64,000 nt of DNA from Atopobium sp. (GTDB lineage Bacteria > Actinomycetota > Coriobacteriia > Coriobacteriales > Atopobiaceae). The stretch is taken from positions 6,434 to 70,433 of the forward strand of contig JABZHP010000001.1 in the NCBI GenBank assembly GCA_015258785.1, in the 5' to 3' direction. The notes beneath the pieces were generated by a model. That model worked only from the letters and a program-made list of their open reading frames with translations, was not told the origin of the DNA and searched no databases. Of the stretch, positions 47,605 to 57,396 are shown piece by piece; positions within the stretch are counted from its first letter, which is position 1; each line of letters starts with the position of its first letter. The position numbers and the translations under genes were made by a program.

Positions 47605-49097
47605 GTCAAGCAACCATCTGCGTTCATACCGCAACTCTTAGAGGAATTGAGGCAATACCCGTTGATGTGGAAGTGGGTATTTCAGGCGGCATTCCTGGAA
47701 TAACCATCGTAGGGATGCCTGACAGCTCCATTATGGAATCTCGTTCTCGTGTGCGCTGTTCATTAAAAGCCGCTGGTTTTACCATCCCTCGATTGCTGGT
47801 AACAATCAATTTGACGCCTGCGGATATAAAGAAGACAGGTACTGGATTTGATTTGCCTATAGCCGTTGCTATTCTTGCAGCTACTGGACAGATTCCTCAA
47901 GAGATTGTGCATAACAGGCTGTTTGTTGGAGAACTCTCATTAAACGGCAAGATCTCTTCAGTTAGAGGTATGGCAGCGTATGCAATACTTGCTAAGAAAC
48001 TGGGAATGAAACTGATCTCCTCTTCAGATTGCAATTTGTTTGGTTCTGACTGGAGTCATGTCATAGGAATTCAATCATTGCTCAACCTGAGTTTAAGAGA
48101 CCAATCATTCTGTAAGCCATTGGTTCAGCGCAAGCATGCTGTTGAAACAGCAATGCTCAGCGAGAATTTAGACTTTGAAGAGGTAATTGACCAGGAATTA
48201 GTCAAGCGAGCTATCGTTGTCGCAGCTACAGGAAACCTGGGGATGCTCATGATTGGCCCGCCAGGTGCAGGTAAAACCATGCTTGCTAAAAGAATTCCAA
48301 CTATCCTCCCAGAGCTCTCTAAAGAAGAACGAGATGAGGTATTACTCATACATTCTGTAGCGGGGTGTGAAACAGATTCTATTCAAGCAGGTGTAAGACC
48401 CTTTAGATCTCCACATCACTCGGCTTCTGTAGCAGGCATGATCGGTGGAGGTAGACCTGTTATTCCAGGTGAGATTTCCCTTGCTCATAAAGGTGTGCTC
48501 TTTCTAGATGAGCTGCCTGAGTTCGCTTCTAATACATTGCAAGTTTTACGTCAGCCTATTGAAGATGGATACGTTCGTCTTGCGCGAGTGGATGGCATCT
48601 ATAAGTTTCCTTCTCAGTTCCAGCTCATCGCTGCAGCTAACCCCTGTCCCTGCGGATACTTTGGAGATAAAACTCACACCTGCAAGTGCTCTCCAGGAAA
48701 GATTTCTACGTATCAATCAAAAATTGGAGGTCCTTTAATGGATCGAATAGATATTGTGTGTGATGTTGCCCGACCTTCTTCTGATCGAATAATTCAAGGT
48801 GAGCTAGGACTCACTTCAGCAGGTATGCGCTCACTTGTTGTCTCTGGTAGAGACTTTGCTTCTTGGCGAGAAACCCGTGGAGTGGATGGCATTTCTCGCC
48901 AAAAGTACGTGGAGAGCTTTGATGAATCGGCATTGCAGCTGCTACATAGATTTGCTCGAGGACTTCATTTAGGAGGTAGAGCAATAACGCGTACCTGCAG
49001 AGTTGCAAGGACTATCGCAGACATTGCTCACCATGAAAAAGTGACAAAAGAAGACGTATCTGAGGCGGTTGCCTATAGGTCTCGTTCTTTGGAGTAG
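47601..49097 (+). CDS. yifB: Mg-chelatase-like AAA+ ATPase YifB/ComM
   Basis: N-terminal Lon-like domain, Walker A GPPGAGKT, C-terminal ChlI domain. Confidence 0.9.
   Translation: MSQATICVHTATLRGIEAIPVDVEVGISGGIPGITIVGMPDSSIMESRSRVRCSLKAAGFTIPRLLVTINLTPADIKKTGTGFDLPIAVAILAATGQIPQEIVHNRLFVGELSLNGKISSVRGMAAYAILAKKLGMKLISSSDCNLFGSDWSHVIGIQSLLNLSLRDQSFCKPLVQRKHAVETAMLSENLDFEEVIDQELVKRAIVVAATGNLGMLMIGPPGAGKTMLAKRIPTILPELSKEERDEVLLIHSVAGCETDSIQAGVRPFRSPHHSASVAGMIGGGRPVIPGEISLAHKGVLFLDELPEFASNTLQVLRQPIEDGYVRLARVDGIYKFPSQFQLIAAANPCPCGYFGDKTHTCKCSPGKISTYQSKIGGPLMDRIDIVCDVARPSSDRIIQGELGLTSAGMRSLVVSGRDFASWRETRGVDGISRQKYVESFDESALQLLHRFARGLHLGGRAITRTCRVARTIADIAHHEKVTKEDVSEAVAYRSRSLE
48865..48900. repeat. 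Inverted pair of the dispersed motif inside yifB coding sequence: GGCGAGAAACCCGTG-N12-TTTCTCGCC
   Basis: Read directly. The 15-mer GGCGAGAAACCCGTG is identical to the intergenic copy at 27014-27028. Confidence 0.5.
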
Positions 49098-49099
49098 CA

Positions 49100-49975
49100 A
49101 TGGAGAAATGGGAGATTTCATCAGAAGATGAGGACTATCCAAAAGAATTGCTACTGCTTAACCATCCGCCTGAAATTATCTATGGAATGGGGGATAGAAG
49201 CGTTTTGCAACAACCTTGTATGTCTGTAATTGGGGCTCGTAGGGCCACCCCATACGGCATGGCAATTGCAGAAATGGCTGGTAGATGTGCTGCAGATAAC
49301 AATATTGTGGTGGTATCTGGTGGAGCTCTTGGCTGCGATTATAGGGCGGGTATGGCTTCTCTTAATGCTGGTGGAAAGACTGTTGTAGTGGCAGGCTGTG
49401 GTGCAGACGTGACATATCCAACTACTTCTGCAGAGCTTTTTGAAGCAGCACGAGAAGGAAGGGGAGCAGTCATTTCTCTAGACAGGTGGGGAACGCCTCC
49501 TAGACGCTATGCCTTTCCTAGAAGAAATGCGGTTATTGCAGCATTAGGAAAAGTGCTTTTGGTAACGGAAGCAGGACTTTGTTCGGGCACGATGAGCACT
49601 GCCGAATTTGCTAACTCACTTGGTAAAACTATTTATGCAATACCTGGGTCTATTTTTTCTCCAGCTTCTGCTGGTACTAATAGGCTAATTGCTGAAGGTG
49701 CTCAAATAATTCCTGATGAGACTTCGTTGGGCCTTGCAATTTCTTTAGATTTTGATTGTTTGGTTCAAGAACAAATGAAGCATGATAAGAAATTAACACC
49801 ACTTTTATCTGCTCTTATAGCTTCTCCTTCAAGACCAGAAGAGCTTGCATGGCGGTTATCGGAAAACGTTCTTACTGTGCTTAATTCTCTTACTGATTAT
49901 GAAGCTCGTGGAATGGTAAAAAGATTACCGGATGGAAGGTATACTCCTTCTAAAGACTTTTATTTGGACTCGTAG
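49100..49975 (+). CDS. dprA: DNA processing protein DprA (Smf)
   Basis: Rossmann-like DprA core (SGGALGCDYRA...). Conserved yifB-dprA arrangement. Confidence 0.85.
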   Translation: MEKWEISSEDEDYPKELLLLNHPPEIIYGMGDRSVLQQPCMSVIGARRATPYGMAIAEMAGRCAADNNIVVVSGGALGCDYRAGMASLNAGGKTVVVAGCGADVTYPTTSAELFEAAREGRGAVISLDRWGTPPRRYAFPRRNAVIAALGKVLLVTEAGLCSGTMSTAEFANSLGKTIYAIPGSIFSPASAGTNRLIAEGAQIIPDETSLGLAISLDFDCLVQEQMKHDKKLTPLLSALIASPSRPEELAWRLSENVLTVLNSLTDYEARGMVKRLPDGRYTPSKDFYLDS

Positions 49976-49992
49976 TGTGTGATAGGTGAAAA

Positions 49993-51327
49993 ATGACGCA
50001 AAAAGTTACTGTAGTAGGCGCTGGTTTAGCTGGAAGTGAATGTGCCTTACAGCTTGCTTCTCGTGGTATTTCTGTAGAGCTCATTGAGCAGCGCCCTGTT
50101 GTTTCTTCTCCAGCACACCACACAGATATGTTTGCTGAACTGGTATGTTCCAACTCTTTGAAATCTACTAAAGAAGACTCTGCAGCTGGAATTTTAAAGT
50201 CTGAGCTTAAGAAGATGGGCAGTTTTCTGCTTCGTATAGCAGAAGAAAACTCTGTTCCTGCAGGTGGTGCACTGGCGGTAAATAGGGAAGAGTTTTCAAA
50301 AGCAGTAACTGAGCAGATTAAAAATCATCCCAACATCTCTGTGACTCATGCAGAGGTTACAGAGTTAACTGAAGAGCCAACAGTTATTGCTGCAGGACCT
50401 CTGTGCTCAGATAGCTTGTACGAAGCAATTTCTAAGCGTGTTGGAACTAACAGAATGTCGTTTTTTGATGCAGCAGCGCCTATTGTGTCTTATGAATCAA
50501 TTGACCATTCAATTGCATTTTCTCAATCTCGTTATGAGGACTTGGGAATTGGCGATTACCTCAATTGCCCCATGAGTAAAGAGGAATATGACACATTTGT
50601 AGATGAGCTGCTTGCAGCTAAACGTGTTATTGGCCACGATTTTGAGCAGTCTGATTTGTTCCAAGCTTGTCAGCCTATTGAGGAAGTAGCAAGAACAGGA
50701 CATGATTCCATTAGATTTGGCGCTTTGAAGCCAGTAGGACTTATTGATCCCAGAACGGGTAAACGCCCCTGGGCAGCAGTTCAGCTTCGTGCAGAAAATG
50801 CAGCTAAGACAGCATTTAATCTGGTTGGTTTTCAGACAAATCTTACCTGGGGAGAGCAAAAACGCGTATTTACCCTCATCCCAGGGTTGGAAGACGCTGA
50901 GTTTGTTCGCTACGGCGTCATGCACAGAAACTCTTTTGTTGACTCTCCTCATGCGCTTGACGGCTCGTTTGGAATTCCGGGAACTTCTACTATTCTTGCA
51001 GGTCAAATTACGGGTACAGAAGGCTATGTTGAGGCTATAGCATCTGGTTTGCTTGCTGCACTAAACATGTATGCTCGTCTGTTGGGCAAAGAGGAAGTCA
51101 GGCTTCCTTTGACCACTTCGTTTGGCTCTCTTGTGGGTTATGCAACAAACCAAAACACCAAAGATTATCAGCCCATGCATGTTAACTTTGGAATTTTTGA
51201 GCCACTGGATGAGCACGTCAAAAGAAAAGACGAGCGCCGTCAAAAGATGGCAGAGCGCGCTCATAAAGACTTTGATGACTACATCTCTTCTCGTCAGGAA
51301 CTTTTTGATTGCACGAAGTGTGATTAA
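49993..51327 (+). CDS. trmFO: Methylenetetrahydrofolate--tRNA-(uracil54-C5)-methyltransferase TrmFO
   Basis: FAD-binding N-terminus VTVVGAGLAGSE and TrmFO/Gid-family length. Confidence 0.9.
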   Translation: MTQKVTVVGAGLAGSECALQLASRGISVELIEQRPVVSSPAHHTDMFAELVCSNSLKSTKEDSAAGILKSELKKMGSFLLRIAEENSVPAGGALAVNREEFSKAVTEQIKNHPNISVTHAEVTELTEEPTVIAAGPLCSDSLYEAISKRVGTNRMSFFDAAAPIVSYESIDHSIAFSQSRYEDLGIGDYLNCPMSKEEYDTFVDELLAAKRVIGHDFEQSDLFQACQPIEEVARTGHDSIRFGALKPVGLIDPRTGKRPWAAVQLRAENAAKTAFNLVGFQTNLTWGEQKRVFTLIPGLEDAEFVRYGVMHRNSFVDSPHALDGSFGIPGTSTILAGQITGTEGYVEAIASGLLAALNMYARLLGKEEVRLPLTTSFGSLVGYATNQNTKDYQPMHVNFGIFEPLDEHVKRKDERRQKMAERAHKDFDDYISSRQELFDCTKCD

Positions 51328-51328
51328 T

Positions 51329-52246
51329 GTGGCTATTTCAAAAGAGCAGGGTAGTCACGTTGAACAATTTATTGAGTATCTAAGTAAGGTCAGGAATCTC
51401 TCCGAGAATACCCTAAGGTCATATCAGACTGATCTTTTGGCATTTGAGCAGTGGTGCAGTAGGGAAGGTGTTGCGGTAACTCGGGTTGATCACAGAAGCC
51501 TTCGTCTCTATTTGGCCTATCTCAAACAGGCTCAATATTCAGCAAAAACACTAAATAGGCATTTATCTGCGTTGCGTGGTTTTTACAAATGGATGCAGCG
51601 AGAAAAACTGATTGCTACAGATCCTGCTCTTGCGCTCAGCAATCCTCGAGCACCACGAAATCTTCCACATACCATGGCTGATTCTGATGTAAATAGGCTT
51701 TTAGAATCATGTGATGTTTCAACCGCGGTAGGGCTTAGAGATAGAGCTTTTCTTGAGTTTTTGTATGCAACAGGAGCTCGTATTTCTGAGGTAGCATCAC
51801 TTACGCTTGATCAGGTTGATTTGCAAAATGGAACAGTGCGTCTCTTTGGTAAAGGCTCTAAAGAGCGAATTGTTCCTCTCTATGAGTCAGCTATCGAGTG
51901 GCTTAAAAAGTACCTAAGTTCTTCTCGACCTACGCTTTTGTTGAAAGATAAAGCGGGCCGTGCACATTCGGCTCTTTTTATTTCCGTAAGAGGAAATAAC
52001 ATGAGCGCGGATTCTTTGCGCAAGGTTTTCTCGTCGTATTTAGTGGCTGCAGGACTAGACAGCTCACTTTCTCCACATGCAATGAGGCATACGTACGCCA
52101 CGGAGCTTCTTGGCGGTGGAGCAGACTTGCGTATTGTCCAGGAACTTTTAGGCCATGAGTCGCTCTCAACTACACAGGTGTATACGCATTTGTCAGTTGA
52201 CAGGCTCAAAGAAGCAGCAAAAGCAGCTCATCCAAGATCAAAATAA
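51329..52246 (+). CDS. xerC: Tyrosine recombinase XerC/XerD (chromosome dimer resolution)
   Basis: R...HxxR...Y catalytic motifs (HAMRHTYATELL, LGHESLSTTQVYTH). GTG start immediately after the trmFO stop. Confidence 0.85.
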   Translation: MAISKEQGSHVEQFIEYLSKVRNLSENTLRSYQTDLLAFEQWCSREGVAVTRVDHRSLRLYLAYLKQAQYSAKTLNRHLSALRGFYKWMQREKLIATDPALALSNPRAPRNLPHTMADSDVNRLLESCDVSTAVGLRDRAFLEFLYATGARISEVASLTLDQVDLQNGTVRLFGKGSKERIVPLYESAIEWLKKYLSSSRPTLLLKDKAGRAHSALFISVRGNNMSADSLRKVFSSYLVAAGLDSSLSPHAMRHTYATELLGGGADLRIVQELLGHESLSTTQVYTHLSVDRLKEAAKAAHPRSK

Positions 52247-52415
52247 ACTGTGCATTGTTGTGGGAGATCTTGCGCAGGGAAGTTAGATGTATTTGCGCAG
52301 TATTTGAAGAGGTTATGGTCTAAATTCTTTATAGACGCAGCCCTTGTTTTCCTGCTATACTTTCAAAAGTTGTGTAGAAGCACGACATGCTGTTACCAAA
52401 CAGCACAAAATCGCA

Positions 52416-52497
52416 CGTACGACTACTTGTTTGCCGTGGTGCCTAACGCTAAGCCAGGTGTTGGGTGGTTTTAACAAGGCTTGAACTCGTACGGAGG
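52416..52497 (+). promoter_or_regulatory. Nested helices in the rpsB 5' leader ending at the SD (candidate S2 autoregulatory structure)
   Basis: CGTACGA (52416-22) pairs with TCGTACG (52487-93). CTTGTT (52426-31) pairs with AACAAG (52473-78). GGAGG at 52493-97 abuts the outer helix. Confidence 0.3.
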
Positions 52498-52517
52498 AAC
52501 AACCAATGGAGGTAAAA

Positions 52518-53258
52518 ATGGCTGCAAAGATTACTATTCAGACTCTTCTGGATGCTGGTTGCCACTATGGTCACCAGACTCGTCGTTGGAACCCTAAGAT
52601 GAAGCCATACATCTTTGGTGATCGTAACGGCATTTACATTCTTGACCTTAAGCAGACCATGCTTGGTGCAGATGCTGCTTACACTTTCCTGAAGAATGTT
52701 GCATCTAAGGGTGGCCGCGTTCTCTTTGTCGGCACCAAGAAGCAGGCTCAGGAGCCAATCGCTACTGAGGCAGCTCGTGCAAACATGCCTTACATCAACC
52801 AGCGTTGGCTTGGTGGTATGCTCACCAACTTTGTCACCATGCGTTCCCGCATCAAGCGCCTTGAGGAGCTTGAGGCAATGGTAGAGGATGGCCGTATGGC
52901 AACTCTTCCTAAGAAGGAGCAGGCTCTTAAGAACAAGGAGCTTCTGAAGCTTCAGCTTAACCTCGGTGGCGTCCGTGATATGACTTCTCTTCCACAGGCT
53001 CTCTTTGTTGTTGACTCCAAGCGTGAAGAGAACGCAATCCGTGAGGCAAACCGTCTTCACATTCCAGTTGTCTCCCTGCTTGACACCAACTCTGATCCAG
53101 ATGTTGTTGATTACGGCATTCCTGCAAATGACGATGCTATTCGTTCCATTTCTCTTATGTGCCAGCTTGCTGCAGACGCAATTCTTGCAGGTAGCGGCAA
53201 GGAGCAGATTTCTGCTGAAGAGATGGGCGCTGAGTCCGAGACCCCAGCTGCTGAGTAA
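52518..53258 (+). CDS. rpsB: 30S ribosomal protein S2
   Basis: MAAKITIQTLLDAGCHYGHQTRRWNPKM N-terminus. ATG at 52518 after GGAGGT. Confidence 0.95.
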   Translation: MAAKITIQTLLDAGCHYGHQTRRWNPKMKPYIFGDRNGIYILDLKQTMLGADAAYTFLKNVASKGGRVLFVGTKKQAQEPIATEAARANMPYINQRWLGGMLTNFVTMRSRIKRLEELEAMVEDGRMATLPKKEQALKNKELLKLQLNLGGVRDMTSLPQALFVVDSKREENAIREANRLHIPVVSLLDTNSDPDVVDYGIPANDDAIRSISLMCQLAADAILAGSGKEQISAEEMGAESETPAAE

Positions 53259-53313
53259 CTCTTAGCAACGGGTTAAATAATTTAGTTATTCAGTAGATTT
53301 TTGGGAGGAAAAC

Positions 53314-54186
53314 ATGGCAGAGATTACCGCAGCACTTGTTAAGCAGCTTCGTGATATGACCAGCTCTCCTATGATGGAGTGCAAGAAGGCACTCGTCGAG
53401 GCTGAGGGCGATATTGAGAAGGCAGTAGATATTCTTCGTACTATGGGCGTTGCTAAGGCAGTTAAGCGCGCTGGACGCGACACCAACGAGGGTACCATTG
53501 CTACCTTCATCAGCCCAGACGGCAAGACTGGCGCAATCCTCGAGCTCTCCTGCGAGACTGACTTTGTAGGTACAAACCCACAGTTCACCGGCTTTGCTGG
53601 CGATCTTGCTGCAGTTGTTGTTGAGAGCAACCCAGCTGACGTTGAGGAACTCAAGACTGCTAAGCTCGGCGACGAGACCGTCGACGAGGCAATCACCGAT
53701 AAGATTCACAACATCGGCGAGAACATGCGTGTTCTTCGTTTCCAGCGTGTTGAGGCTGCAAACGGTGCACTTGCTAGCTACATCCACCTTGGTGGCAAGC
53801 TTGCTGACATTGTTACCTTTGAGTTCAACAAGCCAGAGACCGCTGAGTCTCAGGACTTCAAGAACTTTGCACACGACGTTGCAATGCAGGTAGCTGCAGC
53901 TGCTCCAGTTGCTGCTCGCCGTGAGGATGTTCCACAGGACATCGTTGATCACGAGCTCTCCATTTACAAGGCACAGGCTGCTGAGTCCGGCAAGCCTGAG
54001 GCTATTCAGGAGAAGATGGCTTATGGTCGTCTCGAGAAGTACTACAAGGAGTATGTCCTTACTGAGCAGGCATTTGTTAAGGACCCAGATATGACCATTT
54101 CTGAGTACGCAAAGCTGCTCTCCAAGAAGGTTGACGACGAGGTTAAGATTGTCAGCTTCGTGCGTTTTGCTTTTGGTGAAGAGTAA
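53314..54186 (+). CDS. tsf: Elongation factor Ts
   Basis: [28 protein letters not shown]-terminus. Confidence 0.95.
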   Translation: MAEITAALVKQLRDMTSSPMMECKKALVEAEGDIEKAVDILRTMGVAKAVKRAGRDTNEGTIATFISPDGKTGAILELSCETDFVGTNPQFTGFAGDLAAVVVESNPADVEELKTAKLGDETVDEAITDKIHNIGENMRVLRFQRVEAANGALASYIHLGGKLADIVTFEFNKPETAESQDFKNFAHDVAMQVAAAAPVAARREDVPQDIVDHELSIYKAQAAESGKPEAIQEKMAYGRLEKYYKEYVLTEQAFVKDPDMTISEYAKLLSKKVDDEVKIVSFVRFAFGEE

Positions 54187-54207
54187 GACTTTTTACTTCA
54201 ATTATTT

Positions 54208-54238
54208 TGAGCCGGTTGTCTTCAACCGGCTCTTTTTT
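54208..54238 (+). terminator. Rho-independent terminator after tsf
   Basis: GAGCCGGTTG-TCTTC-AACCGGCTC followed by seven T. Confidence 0.85.
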
Positions 54239-54290
54239 TAACGCGATTCCTGCAAAACTTACGGTGTCGTTTGTTAAAATTATTACAACT

Positions 54291-55040
54291 ATGGCAAACG
54301 GAGAGAGCGAGGAAGCTTTGTCTTCAGCTAAATACAAAAGAGTACTTTTAAAGCTTTCTGGTGAAGCATTGATGGGTGAGCAATCCTTTGGTATTGACCC
54401 TTCAATTCCAGAAATGCTTGCTAAAGAAATTAAGCCTGTTTGGGAGTCTGGCGTTCAGGTTGCCATTGTTGTTGGCGGCGGAAACATCTTTAGAGGCGTT
54501 TCTCAGGCAGCTGCTGGCATGGATCGTGCTCAGGGCGATAATATGGGCATGCTTGCAACAGTAATCAACGCTCTCTCACTCCAGGATTGTTTTGAGCGCA
54601 ATGGCATGGATTGCCGTGTTATGAGTGCAATTTCTATGGCTCAGGTTGCAGAGCCTTATATTCGCCGTCGTGCTATTAGGCACCTTGAGAAGGGCCGTAT
54701 TGTCATCTTTGCTGCAGGTACCGGTAACCCTTACTTCACCACTGATACTGCTGCAGCTCTTCGCGCTTGCGAGATTGGTGCAGAGGCTCTGATGAAGGCA
54801 ACAAAGGTAGATGGTATTTACGACTGCGATCCAGTTACTCATGCAGATGCAGTTAAGTTTGACACTGTCACCTACAAAGATGTTCTCGCCAAAGAACTTA
54901 AGGTTATGGACGCTGCAGCAATTGCGCTGTGCAAAGACAATAAGATGCCAATTCTTGTATTTGACATGCAGTCTGAAGGCGTTTTCATGAAGGCAATTTC
55001 CGGAGAAGAAGTCGGTACTACTGTCGTTGAGGAGGACTAA
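54291..55040 (+). CDS. pyrH: UMP kinase
   Basis: [12 protein letters not shown] and [10 protein letters not shown] motifs. Start placed after the tsf terminator. Confidence 0.9.
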   Translation: MANGESEEALSSAKYKRVLLKLSGEALMGEQSFGIDPSIPEMLAKEIKPVWESGVQVAIVVGGGNIFRGVSQAAAGMDRAQGDNMGMLATVINALSLQDCFERNGMDCRVMSAISMAQVAEPYIRRRAIRHLEKGRIVIFAAGTGNPYFTTDTAAALRACEIGAEALMKATKVDGIYDCDPVTHADAVKFDTVTYKDVLAKELKVMDAAAIALCKDNKMPILVFDMQSEGVFMKAISGEEVGTTVVEED

Positions 55041-55585
55041 TGAGCGTTCATTCTGATAAAGCTAAGCAGTCTATGGAGAAGTGCATCGAGGCACTTAAGA
55101 ATAACTTTGGTCGTGTTCGTACTGGTCGTGCAAATCCACATGCGCTTGATCACATCAAGGTAGACTACTATGGCCAGCCAACCCCAATTTCTCAGCTTGC
55201 AGCTATCAAGGTTCCTGAGGCATCTATGCTGCTTGTTGAGCCATGGGATAAGACTGCTCTAAAGAGCATCGAGAAGGCCATTGAGACTTCTGACCTTGGT
55301 ATTACTCCATCTAATGATGGCTCTGCTATCAGGCTTCCTTTCCCAATGCCAACCGAGGAGCGCCGTCGTGAGCTTGCTAAAGAGTGCTCTCAGATTGCTG
55401 AGGAAGCTCGCGTAGCTGTTCGTAACGTCCGTCGTGACGTTAATGGCAAGATTGAGCGCGATGAGGAGCTGTCTGAGGACGATCAGAAGCGCGAGAAGAA
55501 CGGTATTCAGAAGTTGACCGATACCTATATTGCACAGATTGAGTCTCTTCTTAAGACCAAGACTTCGGAAATCATGGAGATTTAA
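55040..55585 (+). CDS. frr: Ribosome recycling factor
   Basis: Typical RRF sequence. ATGA overlap with the pyrH stop. Confidence 0.95.
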   Translation: MSVHSDKAKQSMEKCIEALKNNFGRVRTGRANPHALDHIKVDYYGQPTPISQLAAIKVPEASMLLVEPWDKTALKSIEKAIETSDLGITPSNDGSAIRLPFPMPTEERRRELAKECSQIAEEARVAVRNVRRDVNGKIERDEELSEDDQKREKNGIQKLTDTYIAQIESLLKTKTSEIMEI

Positions 55586-56365
55586 GTGCAGTTTGATACA
55601 GACAAGCTCGTCCAGTATTTCTCTGACGCACCAGAAGATATCAGTCTTTCTGATATCAATTTAGAAACTATTCCGTCTCACGTTTCCATCATTATGGATG
55701 GAAACGGTAGATGGGCTACGGCTCGCGGACTTGACAGAACCGAAGGTCATAAGGCCGGTGTTCTTTCTTTGCGTGAGGCTGTTACTACAAGTGTGCGCCT
55801 TGGATTGGACGTTTTGTCGGTTTATGCGTTCTCCACAGAAAACTGGAAACGTCCTCAGCGTGAGGTTGACTTGCTCATGCGTCTGTTTGCAGAGACGCTT
55901 CTTAAAGAACTTCCACTTTTCCACCAAGAGAACGTTAAGCTGCGTTTCTTTGGTGACCTTGAGGCTTTGCCAGAGAAGACCCGTAGGACCTTCCAGCGCG
56001 GACTTGATGAGACTGCACAAAACACTGGTATGACGTTTGCGCTTGCTGTTAATTATGGCTCCCGCGCGGAGCTGACTAGGGCAGCTGTTCTTCTCGCTAA
56101 TCAAATTTCTGAGGGTGCCATATCTGCTGATTCGGTAACTCCTGCAGATTTTGAGAAGAACCTCTATACGACAGGTCTTCCTGATCCAGATCTGTTGATT
56201 CGTACGTCAGGAGAGCTGAGGCTTTCTAACTATTTGCTATGGCAGCTGGCTTACTCGGAGCTGTATGTCACGCAAACTTACTGGCCTGACTTCTCTAAGT
56301 GGGATTTTTTGCGCGCCATTAAGGACTATCAGGCTCGCGAAAGGCGATTCGGAGGAGTGAAATAG
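55586..56365 (+). CDS. uppS: Ditrans,polycis-undecaprenyl-diphosphate synthase
   Basis: HVSIIMDGNGRWA and YAFSTENWKRP motifs. GTG start. Confidence 0.9.
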   Translation: MQFDTDKLVQYFSDAPEDISLSDINLETIPSHVSIIMDGNGRWATARGLDRTEGHKAGVLSLREAVTTSVRLGLDVLSVYAFSTENWKRPQREVDLLMRLFAETLLKELPLFHQENVKLRFFGDLEALPEKTRRTFQRGLDETAQNTGMTFALAVNYGSRAELTRAAVLLANQISEGAISADSVTPADFEKNLYTTGLPDPDLLIRTSGELRLSNYLLWQLAYSELYVTQTYWPDFSKWDFLRAIKDYQARERRFGGVK

Positions 56366-57393
56366 TGGTGGACAATACGCGCGATTCCAGAAGGCCTACC
56401 TCTAGGATTCCTGCTGATGCTCAGCCTAATCCTGAAGAAACAGGTAGCGTTGGAATTGATAGACAGATTGAAAAGCTGGAGATTCGTCGCTCAATTAAAG
56501 AGCTGCAACGAGCCGCTGGTAACCTTATGGGTCAGCGAGTTCGTGGCGTTACCGAGAAGCTTTTGACAAGGACTCTGTCTGGCGTAGTTTACGCAGCTAT
56601 TGTGCTTGCTGCGCTGTTTGTTGGCAAAGAAGCCACTATTGTTTTGATTGCTGGCATGGCATGGCTCTGCTGCTCTGAGTTCTTCCATATTTGCCGTATG
56701 GGCGGACGTATGCCAAACGAGCCTCTTGGCCTTGTCTTCTCGCTTGTTTTTCCCATAATTGCGTATTTTGGTCACGTCTTTCCGCTGGTATTTTCTCTGC
56801 TTTTGATTATTCTTTGCGGACTTTGGTATGTTTTAACACCGCGAGCAAACCTTGCAGACGTGGCAGTTACGGCTTTTGGACCACTGTATACCTCGCTTTC
56901 ACTTTCAACGGTAGTGCTTCTGAGGTCCACAGAGCCTAGTTTTTCTATTCCTTGGATTACGCTTGCTGTCATGCTCTCTGTGTGGGCTAACGATTCATTT
57001 GCGTATTTGTTTGGATCAAAATTTGGCAAACATAAACTAGCGCCAAGAATTTCTCCTAATAAGAGCTGGGAAGGCTTCTTTGGTGGTCTTCTTGGATCAA
57101 TGTTGGTGTGGTTCTTGATGGCAGTTTTTGGTGCAATTGATATGAATCCACTGTTTGCGCTGCTTTTTGGCGTAACAGAAGGCATCTTCTCCGTTGTTGG
57201 AGACCTCTTTGAGTCTCGCATTAAGCGAGGAGTGGGCCTCAAGGATTCTGGTTCAATTATGCCTGGTCATGGTGGTCTACTTGATAGAACCGATTCGATG
57301 ATTTTTGGAACTATGGCGGCGTTTCTTCTCTTCCAGCTTGCCGTGCTCTTTAGCCAGGTCAAGCTACCTATTGCGCTGCCGTTTGGAGCATAG
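56365..57393 (+). CDS. cdsA: Phosphatidate cytidylyltransferase
   Basis: CdsA C-terminal signature SxxKRxxGxKDxGxxxPGHGGxxDR (SRIKRGVGLKDSGSIMPGHGGLLDR). Confidence 0.85.
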   Translation: MVDNTRDSRRPTSRIPADAQPNPEETGSVGIDRQIEKLEIRRSIKELQRAAGNLMGQRVRGVTEKLLTRTLSGVVYAAIVLAALFVGKEATIVLIAGMAWLCCSEFFHICRMGGRMPNEPLGLVFSLVFPIIAYFGHVFPLVFSLLLIILCGLWYVLTPRANLADVAVTAFGPLYTSLSLSTVVLLRSTEPSFSIPWITLAVMLSVWANDSFAYLFGSKFGKHKLAPRISPNKSWEGFFGGLLGSMLVWFLMAVFGAIDMNPLFALLFGVTEGIFSVVGDLFESRIKRGVGLKDSGSIMPGHGGLLDRTDSMIFGTMAAFLLFQLAVLFSQVKLPIALPFGA

Positions 57394-57396
57394 GTT

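Noticed and set aside
51329-52246. Tyrosine recombinase as a marker of an integrated mobile element
   Set aside because: XerC/XerD-type sequence in the conserved dprA-trmFO-xerC housekeeping context. No flanking att-like direct repeats, no phage or IS genes, and no tRNA-adjacent integration.
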